Source: Mobula hypostoma | Taxonomy: Eukaryota | Assembly (NCBI RefSeq): GCF_963921235.1 | Contig: NC_086108.1 | Location: forward strand, 14,942,001-15,006,000 | DNA: 64,000 bases | Direction: 5' to 3' | Shown here: positions 24,585-38,084 of the stretch, one piece after another | How the letters are laid out: every line of letters starts with the position of its first letter | Position numbering within the stretch: the first letter of the stretch is position 1 | Made by a program: the position numbers and the translations under genes | Notes under the pieces: model-generated | What the model was told of the DNA's origin: nothing | The model's input: the letters and a program-made list of their open reading frames with translations, nothing else | Database searches by the model: none

Positions 24585-25665
24585 AGACTACAAAACCATA
24601 AGACATAGGAGCAAAAATTAGGCCATCTAGCCGATCAGGTCTACACAGCCATTAATCATAGCTGATTTATTTTCCCTCTCAACGCCATTCTTCTGCGTTC
24701 AACCTGTAACCTTTAATGCCCTTCCTAATCAAGAACCCAAACTCCACTTTAAATATACCCAATGACTTGGACTCCATAGCCATCTGTGGCAATGAATTTC
24801 ACAGATTCACCACCCTCTGGCTAAAGAAATGCCTCCCCATCTCTGTTCTAAAGGGATTTCCTTGTATTTTGAGGTTGTGCCTTCTGGTCCTAGACTCCCC
24901 CACTATAGGAAACATCCTCACCATATCCACCCTATCTAGTCCTTTCAATGAGCAATAAGTTTCATTGATATCGCGCCCTTCCCCCCATTCTTCTAAACTC
25001 CAGTGGGTATAGGACCAGAGCCATCAAACAGTTCTCACATATTAACCCTTTCACTTCCAGGATTATTCTCGTGAACCACCTCTGCACCTTCTCCAATGCC
25101 AGTACATCATTTCTCAGATAAGGGCCCCAAAACTGCTTACAATACTCCAAGTGCAGTCTGACCAATGTCCCAGTGTTACATCCTTGCTTTTATATTCTAG
25201 TCCTCTTGAAACGAATGCTAACATCGCATTTGCCCTCCCTACCACCAACTCAACCCGCAAGTTAATCTTTAGGGAATCCTGCATGAGAACTCTCAAGTCC
25301 CTTTGTACCTCCAATTTGCTCCCAATTTGGAAAATAGTCTACGTTTTTATTCCTTCTACCAAAGTGCATGACCATATGCTTCTCAGCACTATATTCCATC
25401 TTCCCATTCTCTTAATCTGTCTGGGTCCTTCCGCAGACTCCCTGTTTCCTCAACACTACCTGCCCTTCTATCTATCTTTGTCCCAAATTTGGCCATAAAA
25501 CTATCAATCCTTTCATCCAAATAATTGATATATAATGTGAAAAGAAGCAGTCCCAATAGAGACACTATGGAACACCACTAGTGACCAACAGCCAACCAGA
25601 AAATGCCCCCTCTATACCCACTCGTTGCCTTCTACCAGTCAGCCAATCTTCTGTACATGCTAGTA
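24585..25665 (-). mobile_element. CR1 (HER1-like) LINE 3' part
   Basis: VQRDLRVLMQDSLK, VRLHLEYCKQFWGPYLR and CR1 3' end on the minus strand. Confidence 0.85.
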
Positions 25666-25679
25666 TGGACTCTTATCTT

Positions 25680-26266
25680 ATTTTTATACATGACCTGGAT
25701 GAGGAAGTGCAGGGATGGGTTGGTAAATTTGATGATGACACAAAGGTTGTGGGGTGTTGTGGATAGTGTGGAGGGCTGTCAGAGATTACAGCAGGACATC
25801 GATAGGATGCAAAACTGGGCTGAGAAGTGGCAGATGGAGTTCAACCCAGATAAGTGTGAGGTGGTTCATTTTGGTAGGTCAAATATGATGGCAGAATATA
25901 GTATTAATGGCAGTGTGGAGGATCAGAGGGACCTTGGGGTCCGAGTCCATAGGACACTCAAAGCTGCTGCATAGGTGGACTCTGTGCTTAAGAAAGCATA
26001 TGGTGCATTTGCCTTCATCAATCGTGGGATTGAGTTTAAGAGCCGAAAGGTAATGTTACAGCTACATAGGACCCTGGGTCAGACCCCACTTGTAGTACTG
26101 TGCTCAGTTCTACAGGAAGGATGTGGAAACTGTAGAAAGGGTGCAGAGGAGATTTACAAGGATGTTGCCTGGATTGGGGAGCATGCCTTATGAGAATAGG
26201 TTGAGTGAACTTGGCCTTTTCTCCTTGGAGCGACGGAGGATGAGAAGTGACCTAATAGAGGCATAT
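25680..26266 (+). mobile_element. CR1 ORF2 fragment cut off by Gypsy LTR
   Basis: KFDDDTKV, LQQDIDRMQNWAEKWQMEFNPDKCEV, VERVQRRFTRMLPG..RSDLIEAY, then an abrupt switch to TGTCACGG. Confidence 0.88.
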
Positions 26267-28553
26267 TGTCACGGTCCTGATTGTTTATTCCCTAGTTTCC
26301 TCTAATTTCCTTTGATTGTGCCACTGTTCCAACCGTTAATTTCTCAGTTACTTCTAATTTTCTTTGATGACGGCACATTCAGTTTCCATCAGAACCTGCA
26401 GTATAAGAACCCCGGCGTTACAAAACCTAGTTGCCAGATCGTTGGTCTTTTTCCTGTGTGATAACTAACGTTTCCTGACCGCTTAGAACCGTTTGTTCTA
26501 AGTTAGCTCCAGTTTCAAGGTTTATCTATGAGACTCCGTCTCTCTGAGTCTACAATTTAACCTAATTTCCTCTCCTCAAGCTCCTATAGTTCTTGGGTAC
26601 CCCTGGTTAAGCTGCCATAATCCCCAAATTGACTGGTCCACCGGGAAGATAGTCAGCTGGAGTCCATTCTGTCACTACACTTGTCTACAATCGGCCCTTT
26701 CCCCTGTGAAAGTCACCGCGACCTCATCTGCCACTGAAACCCCCGACTTATCCAAAGTTCCAGCAGCGTATCACTATCTGGGAGAAGTGTTTAGTAAACA
26801 ACGGGCCCTTTCCCTGCCTCCACACCACTCTTACGATTGTGCTATTGACCTCCTCCCCGGAGCCCCTCTACCCACCAGTCGGCTGTATAACTTGTCCCAG
26901 CCAGAAAGGGAAGCAATGGAGGCTTACCTAAATGAATCTCTCACAGCAGGCATTATCCGACCCTCATCCTCCCCTGTTGGTGCAAGTTTCTTCTTTGTGG
27001 GGAAGAAAGACGGCTCACTGCGCCCCTGCATTGATTATCGAGGCCTAAATAGCATAACCATAAAGAACAAGTATCCACCGCCCCCTATCAATTCTACTTT
27101 CGAAGCACTTCATGGAGCCACCATCTTCTCCAAGTTGGACCTACGAAGTGCCTACCATCCGGTCAGAATAAGGGAGGGAGATAAGTGGAAAACAGCTTTT
27201 AACACCCCTCTTGGTCACTTTGAATACCTGGTCATGCCATTCGGTCTCACCAATGCCCCCGCCGTCTTCCAAGCCTTGATAAACCATGTCCTTAGAGACT
27301 TTATTAACCGTTTTGTGTTTGCTTATTTGGATGACATCTTAATCTTCTCCAGCAGACTTCAGGAACACACCCACTATGTCCGTCAGGTTCTACAGAGGCT
27401 TTGGGAGAACAAACTATTCGTTAAAGCTGACAAGTGCGAGTTTCATGTCCCCTCAGTCAGCTTCTTAGGGTACATGATCAAGAGCGGGTGAGTGAGAGCG
27501 GATCCCGAAAAGATCCGGCTGGCGGCGGAGAGGCCAAAACCCACGACACGCAAGCAACTCCAGCGTTCTCTGGGGTTTGCGAACTTCTATCGCTGGTTTA
27601 TCAGGGATTACAGTCCGGTGGCAGCGCTCCTTACTCGACTCACCTCACCTCCGACCCCTTTTCACTGGGACCCCGAAGCTGACTCAGCACTCTTGAAGAG
27701 GCGTTTCACTTCCGCTCCCATCCCAGTCCAACCAGACCCCTCTTGTTAATTCATTGTGGAGGTTGACACCTCCGACTCTGCGGTGGGAGCGGTCCTCTCC
27801 CAACGTTCCGGGCCTGACCAAAAACTTCATCCTTGTTCCTTCTTTTCTTGCCAGCTGTCCCCTGCCGAACGAAATTACGACATAGGGAACCAGGAGTTAC
27901 TGGCCGTCAAACTGGCTTTAGAGGAATGGAGGCACTGGCTGGAGGGAGCGGAACATCCGTTTATCGTCTGGACCAATCACAAGAACCTCGCATACATCTA
28001 AACCGCCAAGCGCCTGAATTCCCGACAAGCATGTTGGGCATTTTTTTTTGGTTGGTTCAGGTTCACACTCACCTATCGTCTGGGGTCCAAGAACGGGAAG
28101 CCTCGATGCTCTCTCCCATCAATACATTTCCGAGGAGGACCTTCCCAACCCCGAGACCATCCTTCCACCATCCTGTGTACTGGCTGCCCTCACCTGGGAG
28201 ATCGAGGCCATAGTCAAAGAGGCCCAACGGACTCAACCTGACCCAGGCAATGGACCCTCCAATCAACTCTTCGTGCCTGACTCGGTTTGGTCTCAGGTTC
28301 TCCAGTGGGGGCACACTTCTCATTTCGCCTGCCATCCCGGAATCGATCGGACTCTGTCCCTTTCGAAGAGACATTTCTGGTGGCCCTCCATGGACGCTGA
28401 TACCCGTTCCTTTGTCTCTGCCTGTCCTGTTTGTGCCGGCGGAAAAGCGTCCCACCGACCACCTGCTGGATTGCTTCGTCCCCTACTTGTCCCTAGCTGC
28501 CCTTGGTCGCACATTGCGCTGGACTTCGTTACGGGTCTACCCCTTTCACATGG
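26267..28553 (+). mobile_element. Ty3/Gypsy (sushi-like) LTR retrotransposon, internally deleted and 3'-truncated
   Basis: LTR-like start TGTCACGG (26267) with TATAAG near 26402. Jumps at ~26555 to protease end [15 protein letters not shown]. Then RT, RNase H ([31 protein letters not shown]) and integrase HHCC plus [13 protein letters not shown]. Confidence 0.95.
26706..27491 (+). pseudogene. Gypsy pol reverse transcriptase domain (open segment of a disrupted pol)
   Basis: [42 protein letters not shown]; stops and frameshifts downstream. Confidence 0.93.
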
Positions 28554-30470
28554 GAGCACTTCCTCTTCTCCATTCGCGTCCTCAGATTCACCCAGGAAGC
28601 ATTGCTCTGCCAGTTCTTGCAGCTCTTTTTTACTAAGGCTCTCACCATGAGAATGCAGTAACTCTTCAACATCATCATCATTAACAACCTCTAATCCCAC
28701 TTCACTGGCCAGTTCAACGATGATTTGGATGACTGGTTCCAACTGAAATCCTAGGATGTCGTTGCATGCTTCCAGCCATAGTTTCTTTCACACTCTATTC
28801 ATGCTGTTTACTTCATCTCAGGCTGCTTTGATATTTTCTACAGCTTTCATGATGTTATGGTTTTTCCACAATTGTCTGATGGATTGCTTGTCTTAACCTT
28901 TTTATTTCCTCTACAAGTTGCTTGAATGTGCAATGAAGGTAGTAGGCTTTCAATTTTGATATTACTCCTTGACCCATTGGTTGGAGTTGGGTGGAAGTTA
29001 AACCGCTTCTACAGGAATGTAGGTCCAAAGGGTGTTGAGATGCTCAGGATGGCCTGGGGCATTATCAAGCACCAATAATGCTTTAGGTTCAAGGTCATGT
29101 TCCTCACAATACTGCTTCACTGCTGAACAAAAATGTGAAACAAACCAATTTTTGAAAACATCAATTGTCACCTAGGCTTTCTTGTTTCATTTCCTAATCA
29201 CTGGTAGACTTGACTTATAAATGCCTTTCATTGCTCATGGTGTTTCAGAGTGATACACAATCATAGGTTTTAACTTGAAGTCACCTTTAGCATTGTCTCC
29301 TAGCAAGAGAGTTAACCAGTCCTTTACAGCCTTGAATCCAGATGCATGTTTCTCGTCTTGGGAGATGAAAGTACGAGAAGGCATTCTTTTCCAAAAGAGG
29401 CCTGTTTCATCCATCTTGAAGACAAGCTCGGGAGGATAATCATCCTTTTCGATTGTGGTCTTCAGCGTTGCAAGCTGGTTGGTGGCGTAGTGCCATCAGC
29501 GCCGGACTTCAGAGCGAAGGCTCCTGAGTTCGAATCCAGCCGGCCCCCTTGCACGCTTTCCATCTGTGCTGGGTTGAGCGTTGAGCTAGCAACTTGGTCT
29601 CGTAAAAACAAGAAAGCCTGCTAAAAGAACACCGTCACGACGGCGTCCCGATGACTCCACTCGGAGTTAAGGGCTTTCTTCTTCAATGTTGCAGGAAAAT
29701 CCTGGGTGCCTTGCTGTCTGCACTAGCCACTTCACCTGAGATGCATATACTTTGGAGGTTACTGCGCTGTTTAAATCTATCAAACCAACCTCTGCTGGCT
29801 ATGAATGTTACCAACATTTCTTCATTTTGAATATGATTGAAGATGCTTCTTGCCTTTTGCATTATTATCAGCTGACTTACGGACATGTTTCATTGAGTTT
29901 GGTCATCCACCCATATATTTAGTCTATTTTTTATTTTTTCAAACAAATGGCTCCATAAAAAAGTCACCTTCATTGATGATAACTTCGAGATCATTGTTGC
30001 AGAAGCTTTTATCTTGTTTGCTGTTTTTATGATTGTTCTGATCGTCGATGTAGCCAATTTCAAACAGGTGTCAACATCAACCTTCCAAACACAATATTAC
30101 TTGCAGTTTCATATCCATGTTAATGCTTTTCCTAGACATCTCAGTGGAAGTTGCAGGCTGGTTTCCAGACATTCTGCATAAGAGAAAAAGGAATAGATTG
30201 GCGAGAGAGCAAGAATGTTTACACACACGGGGGAGGCAGAGTGTGAACTCACACGTGATTGGCTGTGAGTGGATCAGAGTGTATGTAAAGTGCTCTCATT
30301 GGCTGATTGAATGTTTACTGTAATGGTGGGCGCTCTTGAGAAGTCTTAAGTGTTGTTTAGAATGAATTGTTGAATTGTTGTCATTTTTAAAAATTTCAAT
30401 AAAGAATTGAATAACCATGGTGTAACAAATCAACAGTATGCAGGGTAGTGTTATACTGGGTCTGAGTGTA
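28554..30470 (-). mobile_element. pogo/Tigger (TIGD1-like) DNA transposon relic
   Basis: CENP-B HTH (FIASRGWFDRFKQR..ISGEVASAD); DDE-region MDETGLFWKRMPSRTFIS, GDFKLKP, ALLVLDNAPGHP; acidic tail [15 protein letters not shown]. Candidate TIR TA|CACTCAGACCCAGTATAAC at 30470-30450. Many stops. Confidence 0.88.
29473..29680 (+). mobile_element. tRNA-derived SINE inserted in the transposase
   Basis: A-box TGGCGTAGTG, B-box GAGTTCGAATCC, (TTC)n tail; imperfect TSD CTTCAGCGTTGCA (29460-29472) / CTTCAATGTTGCA (29681-29693). Confidence 0.85.
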
Positions 30471-30549
30471 CTTTGTTAATCACTCTTTTTCTGGTAAACG
30501 ATAATCACAAAAAAATCATCCGTAACTTCCTTTTGAACTTGGAGGCAAT

Positions 30550-31035
30550 TCAATGTAGCAGAACCGGGGTAAAGCGAGGCAGCGGGCCCACTGCCAAGAG
30601 CAAGGAAGACCCGAGGTTCAAATTAAGTGCTGGGCTAAAATAGGAAGGGTTGGATACAGGCTGAATCGAGGTGGCGGAGTCCAGTTCCCAGAGTGTATCA
30701 AAACGACTGAACCCGGTGTTTGGATGAAGCCTGGGCCGAATTGGAAAGGTCAGAATGTCAGCATCCGACGCAAGGAATGGGCCAGTTCAACTCATTGCTC
30801 CATTCTGCACTGAACTAGGGATCTGCGGACAGACTCTCTTTGTGGACTACTCAGAACACTATTTGCTTGCAGTTATTGTTTGCATGATTTGTTTTCTTTT
30901 CTCTGCACCTTGGCAGTTTGACGGTCTTTTTTTTTAATGTGTTCTTTTGAGTTTCATTGTCTTATGGCTGCCTGTTAGGAGATGAATCTCAAGGTTGTAT
31001 AATGTATACATACTTCAATAATAAATGTACTTTGG
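30550..31035 (+). mobile_element. Non-coding retroposon sharing a Rex1-like 3' tail
   Basis: Ends GAATCTCAAGGTTGTATA...ATAATAAATGTACTTTG, similar to the reverse complement of the LINE tail at ~19645-19705; no ORF. Confidence 0.5.
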
Positions 31036-32199
31036 AATTTGAACCTCTCCTTCCCTTTTACTTTATCCTCACTTTTCCAAGTTGTTGAACCCATTAAGTT
31101 GGATAAACCATCAGGGTCTCACCTGCTACATACTCTTCAGAGTATTCCTTTGGAATTCATAATGTCTAATCAAAAAGAACAAAGTTTAACAATCCCGCTG
31201 AGAGTTTTCCTCAGCAGAGTGGTCCTGAAGAATTGGCCTGTACTTCCCCGCCATGCCCTCACCATCATTTACCCCTCCCCTCAATATCTAAATTCACCCC
31301 CCACCACCTCCCCTCCTCTCCCCTCCCTTCCCCCTTTCCTCTCCCTTACCTCCTCTATTGCATCTCCCACCCTTGCCTATCGCCTATCTCCCCTTCCTTA
31401 TCACCTCTCCTCGCCCTCCCCCCCCCCCCGCCAGAGAGACTCATAAGTAAAGCTTCACAAGTACACAACAACACAGTGCTGGCAGAGAACCAGCCGCTGC
31501 TGCCAAGACTGATGGCTGTGTCCTGCTGCTCACTTAGCCCATATCACTGTGACTGTCCCATGTTTATGCAACCCTTCTCACATGCACCCAGAATGCGGCA
31601 CTTACGTAACACTTGTTTGTGAGACTCCGTGCTGGGACAACACAAACAAACCGGGACTGAATTAGAAGCTTATGTTCCAGCCTGACGTGGGACATGGTTC
31701 AGGACACTCCGCTCTCTGTACCCACTCCTGAGTCGGACAACAGGGGCTCAAAGCAACGAGGGCAACAAACTGTCAGCCCAGGAGCCCAAGGTGGGTGGCT
31801 CTCCACTAACCAGCACACTCCTTCCCCATACGCTGCATCACATCCCACCACTCTCTGCATATATAGTCTTCTCCTCTCTTTCAAATCAAACCTCACCTTT
31901 CCCCCATTATATCTTCCCACCTTCATTCTACAGACAATACCCCCACATCAAATAATCCCCCAATCATTTCCTCATCAAATTCCCTTCACCTACAGAAATA
32001 TCCTCCCTTCTGCCAAGTCCTGGCTTGGAATTTCTCTCTTTCTCAGGATAGTACATGTCCTGCTGCAGGATTTCGGCTTGAAATGTCAACAATTCTTTTC
32101 CTTCTGCAGACGCTGCTTGACCTGCTGAGTTCCTCCAGCAGCTTGCTTGTTGCTGCAGTATGTAAGTTGAGCTAAACAGCTGGAGTTACACTACAATCT

Positions 32200-35100
32200 G
32201 AGATGGTGCCGATACATGGAGACTCTGTGCGTGCAGCTCCAAAGGGAATCATCAAATATTCCCGTTTAGGACTACTACAGCAGAAATCCACAGTCTCACA
32301 GCCATGTGTACTTCAGTAAGCAACATTGTCTTAAGACATTTACAAAATCTATCAACCTTCAAAACCGGCAGAATCTAGACTGCAGACTCAGATTGCAAGT
32401 GGAGTTCCCCTTTAAGAAAAAGGAAATGAGGAAAACGGGCTAGTCTGTAAATAAGATTGAAACGCAGAGCCCTTATGCACCACCCCCCCCCCCACACACA
32501 CACCCGACTATCTTGCTGCCGAATGTACAGTCTCTGGAAAATAGAATCGAAGACCTCAGAGCAAGACTGCAGTACCAGAGGGATATCAAGGATTGCTATG
32601 TGCTTTGCTTCACAGAAACAAGCTCACCCCCAACATTTCAGACAGTCTTCACCATCCACCGTAAAAAAGGACCGCTAAGTCATTTAAAGTTAGAGGAGGC
32701 AGAGTATTGTTCATGATCAACTTGTCACAGAACACAGATGTGGCGGTTTTGCCTCAGTCCAGCACACCCCAGCGGTCAAATATCATCAAGCAGCTTTCCG
32801 CCATCATCCTGGTAGCAGTGTACATTCTGCCTCGGGTCAGAGTCAGGCAGGCACAGGAGGAGCTCAACTCCGTGTTCAGCAGTCATGAACAGCACACCCT
32901 TTTGCTTTCCCTAGAATTGCAGGGGATATCGACCAGGCCAGCTTGAAGAAGTCTCTGACCAACTACCACTTGTGGAACTGGAGGAGCCAACACACAGGTG
33001 GTATTGTGGAACCAACTATCTTCACAAACATACTGGACATACCCAAACCAAAGGCTGTGGATGAACCAGGAGATTCATAATCTGCTAAGAGTTAGCTCCG
33101 TTGGTTTTAAGACCCGTGATCCATAACTATACAAGATGTCCAGGTATGAGCTACGGAAGGCTATTTTAAGAGCGAAAAATCAATTCAGATTGAAGCTAGA
33201 GATGGAATCAGATACATGCCAGCTCTGGCAGGGTTTGCAGGTATTGCTTCCAACAAAGTGAAACCTAACATCATGATGGCTGTCATGTTTCAGTCCCCGG
33301 TGAGCTCAACGCCTTTTATTCTTGCTTTGAAAGGAAGAATAAAACTACACCTGTTTGAATCCCTGCAGCCTCCAGTAACCCTGTGATCTCTGCCTCGGGG
33401 GCCAAAGTCTGAATGTCTTTCCAGAGGGTGAACCCTTGCAAGGTGTGAGACCCTGATGGTGTACATGGTAGGGCTCTGAAAACCTGTGCCAACCAACTGG
33501 CAAGTGCATTCAAGGACATCTTCAAACTCTCACTGCTGCAGTTGGATGTTCCCACCTGTTTCAAAAAGGGCAACTATCATACCAGTGCCTAAGAAGAGCA
33601 AGGTGAGCTGCCTCAATGACTATCTCCCAGTTGCACTCACACCAAGTCCTCTGAGAGTCTGGTCATGGCCAGAACCAACTCGTGCCTAAGCAAGGTCCTG
33701 GTCTCGCTGCTATTTGCCAATCACCACAACAGGGCTACAGCAGATGCAATCCTGTCAGATCACCGGCAGGTGGTAAGAGTGGGCTCCCTCACCTCTGCTC
33801 CTCTGACTCTCAACACAGGTGCTGTGCACTAAGACCCCTCCCTTACTCTCTGTATACCCAAGACTGTGTCACCACCCATAGCTCCAATCTGCTAATTAAA
33901 TTGGCTGACGATACTACACTGAATGGCCTAATCTCAAATAATAATGAGGCAGCCTACAGAGAGGAAGTCATCACCCTGACACAGTGGTGTCAAGAAAACA
34001 ACGTCTCCCTCAACGTCACAAAAATAAAAGGAACAGGTTGTGGACTACAGGAGGAATGGAGACAGGCTAGCCCCTATTGACATCAATGGATCTGGGGTTG
34101 ACAGGATGAACAGCTTTAAGCTCCTCTGCATAAACATCACCGAGGATCTCATGTGGTCTGTACACACCAGCTGTGTGGTGAAGAAAGCACAACAGTGCCT
34201 CTTTCACCTCAGACGGTTGAAGAGGTTTGGTATGGCCCACCAAATTCTAAGAACATTCTATAGGGGCACGATTGAGAGCATCCTGACTGGCTGTATCACT
34301 GCCCGGAATGGGAACTGTACTTCCCTCAATCACAGGATTCTGCAGAGAGTGGTGCAGACAGCTCAGCGCACCTGTAGTTGTAAATGTTTACAAAGACAGG
34401 TGTGTAAAAAGGGCCCGAAGGATCACTGGAGACCCCAGCCACCCCATCCACAAACTGTTCTAGCTGCTACCATCCGGGAAACGGTGCCTCAGCATAAAAG
34501 CCAGAACCAGCAGGCTCCAGAATAGCTTCTTCCACCAGGCCACCACACTGATCAGTTCACGCTGCCGCAACTGTATCTCTATGCTATATTGACTATCCTG
34601 TTGCACATAATGTTTATACTATAAATTAGTATAATTGCACATTTGAACAGAGACGTAATGTAAAGTTTTTTACTCTTCATGTATACGAAGGATGTAAGTA
34701 ATAAAGTCAATTCAATTCAATTCAATCTCATTGGATCACCTGGACAATAGCAACACCTGTGCCAGGCTGCTGTTAATTGATTACAGCTCAGCATTCAAAA
34801 CCATCATATCCTGAGTATTAATCAACAAAGTTCAAAACCTGGGCCTTTGTCCCTCCCTCAGCAACTGGATCCTTGACTTCCTCAGCGGGAGACCACAGTC
34901 TATGTGGATCGGAAATACATCTCCACCTTGCTGATAATCAACACTGGCTCACTGCAAGGTTGCATGCATAGCTCACTGCTCTATTCTCTCTACATCTATG
35001 ACTGAGTGGCTTGGCACAGTTCAAATGTCATCTATAAATTTGCCAATGACACAACTATTGTTGGCAGAATTTCAGAAAGCATTGAGGAAGTGTACAGTAG

Positions 35101-35878
35101 CTGATTAAGTAGCGTCACAACAACAACCTCACACTCAACATCAGTAAGACCGAAGAATTGATCGTGGACTTCAGGAAGGGGAAGTCGAGGGAACACACAC
35201 CAGTCCTCCTTGAGGAATCAGTGGTGGAAAGGGTGAGCAGTTTCAAGTTTCTGGGTGTTGACCTCTGTGAAGGTCTATCATATTGATCCAATTGCAAAGG
35301 AGGGATGACAGCAGCTATACATCACTAGGAATTTGAGGAGATTTGCTATTCACAAAAGACTTAAGCAAATTTCTATGGGAATATCATGGAGAGCATTCTA
35401 ACTGGTCTTGTATGGCAGGGCCACCGCACAGGACTGGAAAAAGCTGCAGAAAGTTGCAAACTCAGCCAGCTCTATCATGGGCACCAGCCTCCTCAGTATT
35501 GAGGACACCTTCAAAAGGTGATGCCCCAGAAAGAGGGCATCCATCATTAAGGCCCCCCTTCATTCAGGTTATGCCCTCTTCTCATTGCTACCATCAGGGA
35601 GGAGGTACAGGAGCCTGAAGACACACACTCAATGTTTCAGCAACAGCTTCTTCCCCTCTGCCATCAGATTTCTGAACAGACAATGCACCCATGCACACTA
35701 GCTCTATATATTTTTTCTTTTTTTGCTCTTTTTTTTGCACTACTTTTTTGATTTAAATTTTTAGGTATATATTTCTTATTGTAATTTATAGTTTTTTTTA
35801 TTATTATCTATTGCTGCCGCATAGCAGCGAATTTCACATGTATACCAGTGACATTAACCTAATTCATTTCTGATTCTG
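32200..35878 (+). mobile_element. Near full-length decayed Rex1/Babar-like LINE (APE endonuclease + RT), split by a nested LINE
   Basis: [53 protein letters not shown]; resumes at ~34727 with LDHLDNSNT..LLIDYSSAF; 3' tail near 35878. Confidence 0.85.
33753..34725 (+). mobile_element. Nested 5'-truncated Rex1-like LINE
   Basis: IKLADDTT, KKAQQCLFHLRRLKRFG; AATAAAG(TCAAT)n tail at ~34700-34725; short CAATC duplication at both junctions. Confidence 0.85.
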
Positions 35879-36839
35879 AGTCACCAGACTCCAAGAAGAA
35901 CGTAATAGCATTGTAATGGTCTCCCATTACAGGAAGGATGTGGAGGCTTTGGAAAGGGTGCAGAAGAGCTTCACCAGATGTAGCCTGAATAAGAGGCTAT
36001 ATAGAGAGATTGGACAAACTTCAGTTGTTTTTTTTCTACAACGTGGGAGGTTGATAGAAGTTTATAAGATTATGAGATGCACAGGTTGGGTGGATTGTAG
36101 AGGGTATAGCTTTAAGGTGAGAGGGATAAGATTTTAATGGAAATGTGTGGGATATGTTTTTTTACACAGAGAATGGTGGGTGCCTGGAACAGGCTACTAG
36201 CGGTGGTGGTGGAAGCAGATAGAATGGAGGTGTTTAAGAGGCTGTTAGATGGGCACATGAAAATGCAGGGAATGGAGGGATATGGATTATGTACAGGCAG
36301 AAGAGAATTAGTTTAATTTGGCATTATGTTCAACACAGACTTCAGATTGGCTGAAGAGCTTGTTCCTGTGCTCTACTTTATTCACTAATGGAACGTTGAT
36401 GTTACCAGCAACTCCAGCATTTATCGAACATTCCTCATTGCTACTAGATGGTGGGGGTGGGGAGGAATGATGATATTGGCTAAACTATGGAAAACTGGGC
36501 AAAGTGACGACCACCTGTTGGCCAAACTGGGGAAGGAGGACAGATTCCCTCCCAAGGAGCACTGGTGAAGTTGGTGGGGGGGGGGGGGCTGCAACCATAC
36601 TGTTCAAGGATGATATCACAGAGGAGCTTCCTTTCAGTTTATCTGAACCTCCCAGGTAGAGTGGTGGGACTGGGTCATCTCCAGTCACAACACCTGCAGG
36701 TCCCTGTATCCTGACCTGACAATTTAAGCTGCACAGGTATAGGGTGCAAGATAAACTGCTCACACATTTCTCAGCCAGGGCATCCTCAGGGCCGCAGTAC
36801 ATAGACACTGATCCAGCAACGCAGCCCACGGCAAACTTC

Positions 36840-37270
36840 AAGAAACCGCAAAGAGTTGTAAATATGGCTCAGTCCATCATGGAAAGCAACCTCCTATCCA
36901 TGGATCCTGTCTACAATTCTCACTGGCTTGGGAAAGCAGCCAGCATAATCAAAGAGCCCCCCCCCCCACTCCAAACATTCTCCCGTCTCCTGTTGGACAG
37001 AAGATACAAAATCCTGAAAGCATGTACCAACAGGCTCAAGGACAGCTTCTATCCTACTGTTATAAGAATATTGATCAGTCCTCTTGTACGACAAAATGGA
37101 CTCTTCCTGTCTACTGCTCTGCACTTACTCTGTAACTGGAAAACTACACTCTGCATTCTGCTATTGTTTTCCCTTGTCCTACCTCATTGTACTTGATGTG
37201 ATAATCCTGTATGGATGCATTCAAAATAAAGTTTTTCATTCTACCTTGGCCATGTGATAATAATAAACCC
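36840..37270 (+). mobile_element. Rex1/L2-like LINE 3' fragment
   Basis: KAASIIKE..RRYKILKACTNRLKDSFYPTVIR and ATGTGATAATAATAAACC tail. Confidence 0.7.
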
Positions 37271-38084
37271 ACACTAATTCCTGGAAGAGGAGTGTGCCAC
37301 ACACACTGAGGCTATTCTGATTCTCCTGCAGTGATTTACTTTGTACTAAGATTCAAGACTGTTTAATGCCGTTTCCCGTACACAAGTGTAAAGGAGAATG
37401 AAAAAATTGTTCCTCCAGCTCTGATACAGTACAAAATAAAACACAAAAGATATAGAACACAATAATAATAAGATAAACACAATAAATATAAACGCATAAG
37501 ATAGCTTGTATACAGTATGTCCACAATATGATGCTAGGCGCTATATAAGGTGACTGATAGGAAATAATAAACTTTAGTGGAGTTAATGGGTGGAGGTTTG
37601 ATCAGTCTTACTGTTTGGGGAAAGTAACTGTCTTTTTTTCAGTCCGAAATGTCGACAATTTATTTATTTCCAGAGATTCTGCCTGACCTGCTGAGCTCCT
37701 CTGGCATTTTGTGTCTGTTCCTTTGAATGTCCAGCATCTGCAGAATTTCTTATATATATATATCCTTGATGGTAGAAAGGCTGGTGCCAGTGATGCATTG
37801 GGTAGTTTTGACAACCTGTCGAGAAGCCTTCCTGTTCACCTCAGTGCAGTTTCCGTACCAAGCAGTGATGCAGCTTGTCAGAATGCTGTGCCATACAGAT
37901 CCACAGCACATCAGATGGAACTATTAAGAGTTACAGCCCCTCAACCATGTGCCACTGTTACACAGTTCAAGCATCAGGAGCAGCGAGAGCATGGTGCCTA
38001 CTGATCACCATGCTCAGTGTGGTTGTGATGCGCATTCTGGTTTGTCCATGGATTCCTGCTGAAGGAGACACTAACCTCCTGGGA

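Noticed and set aside
24585..26266. Twin-primed inverted CR1 (minus then plus arms back to back; similarly 58620-61000)
   Set aside because: The arms look like different CR1 subfamilies or regions and I found no shared TSD; adjacent independent insertions are simpler.
29476..29550. tRNA gene (also 7268-7335, 53056-53115, 5645-5670)
   Set aside because: A/B boxes are present but there is no complete cloverleaf or acceptor stem; these are SINE heads continuing into SINE bodies.
28554..30170. Domesticated TIGD1/CENP-B-like host gene
   Set aside because: Multiple stops and frameshifts, a SINE insertion and truncation indicate a dead transposon.
31123..31165. Minus-strand 43-nt exon (TTTTTGATTAG...CAG|GTGAGA)
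   Set aside because: Stop codons in all three frames and no supporting neighbouring exon; at most non-coding.
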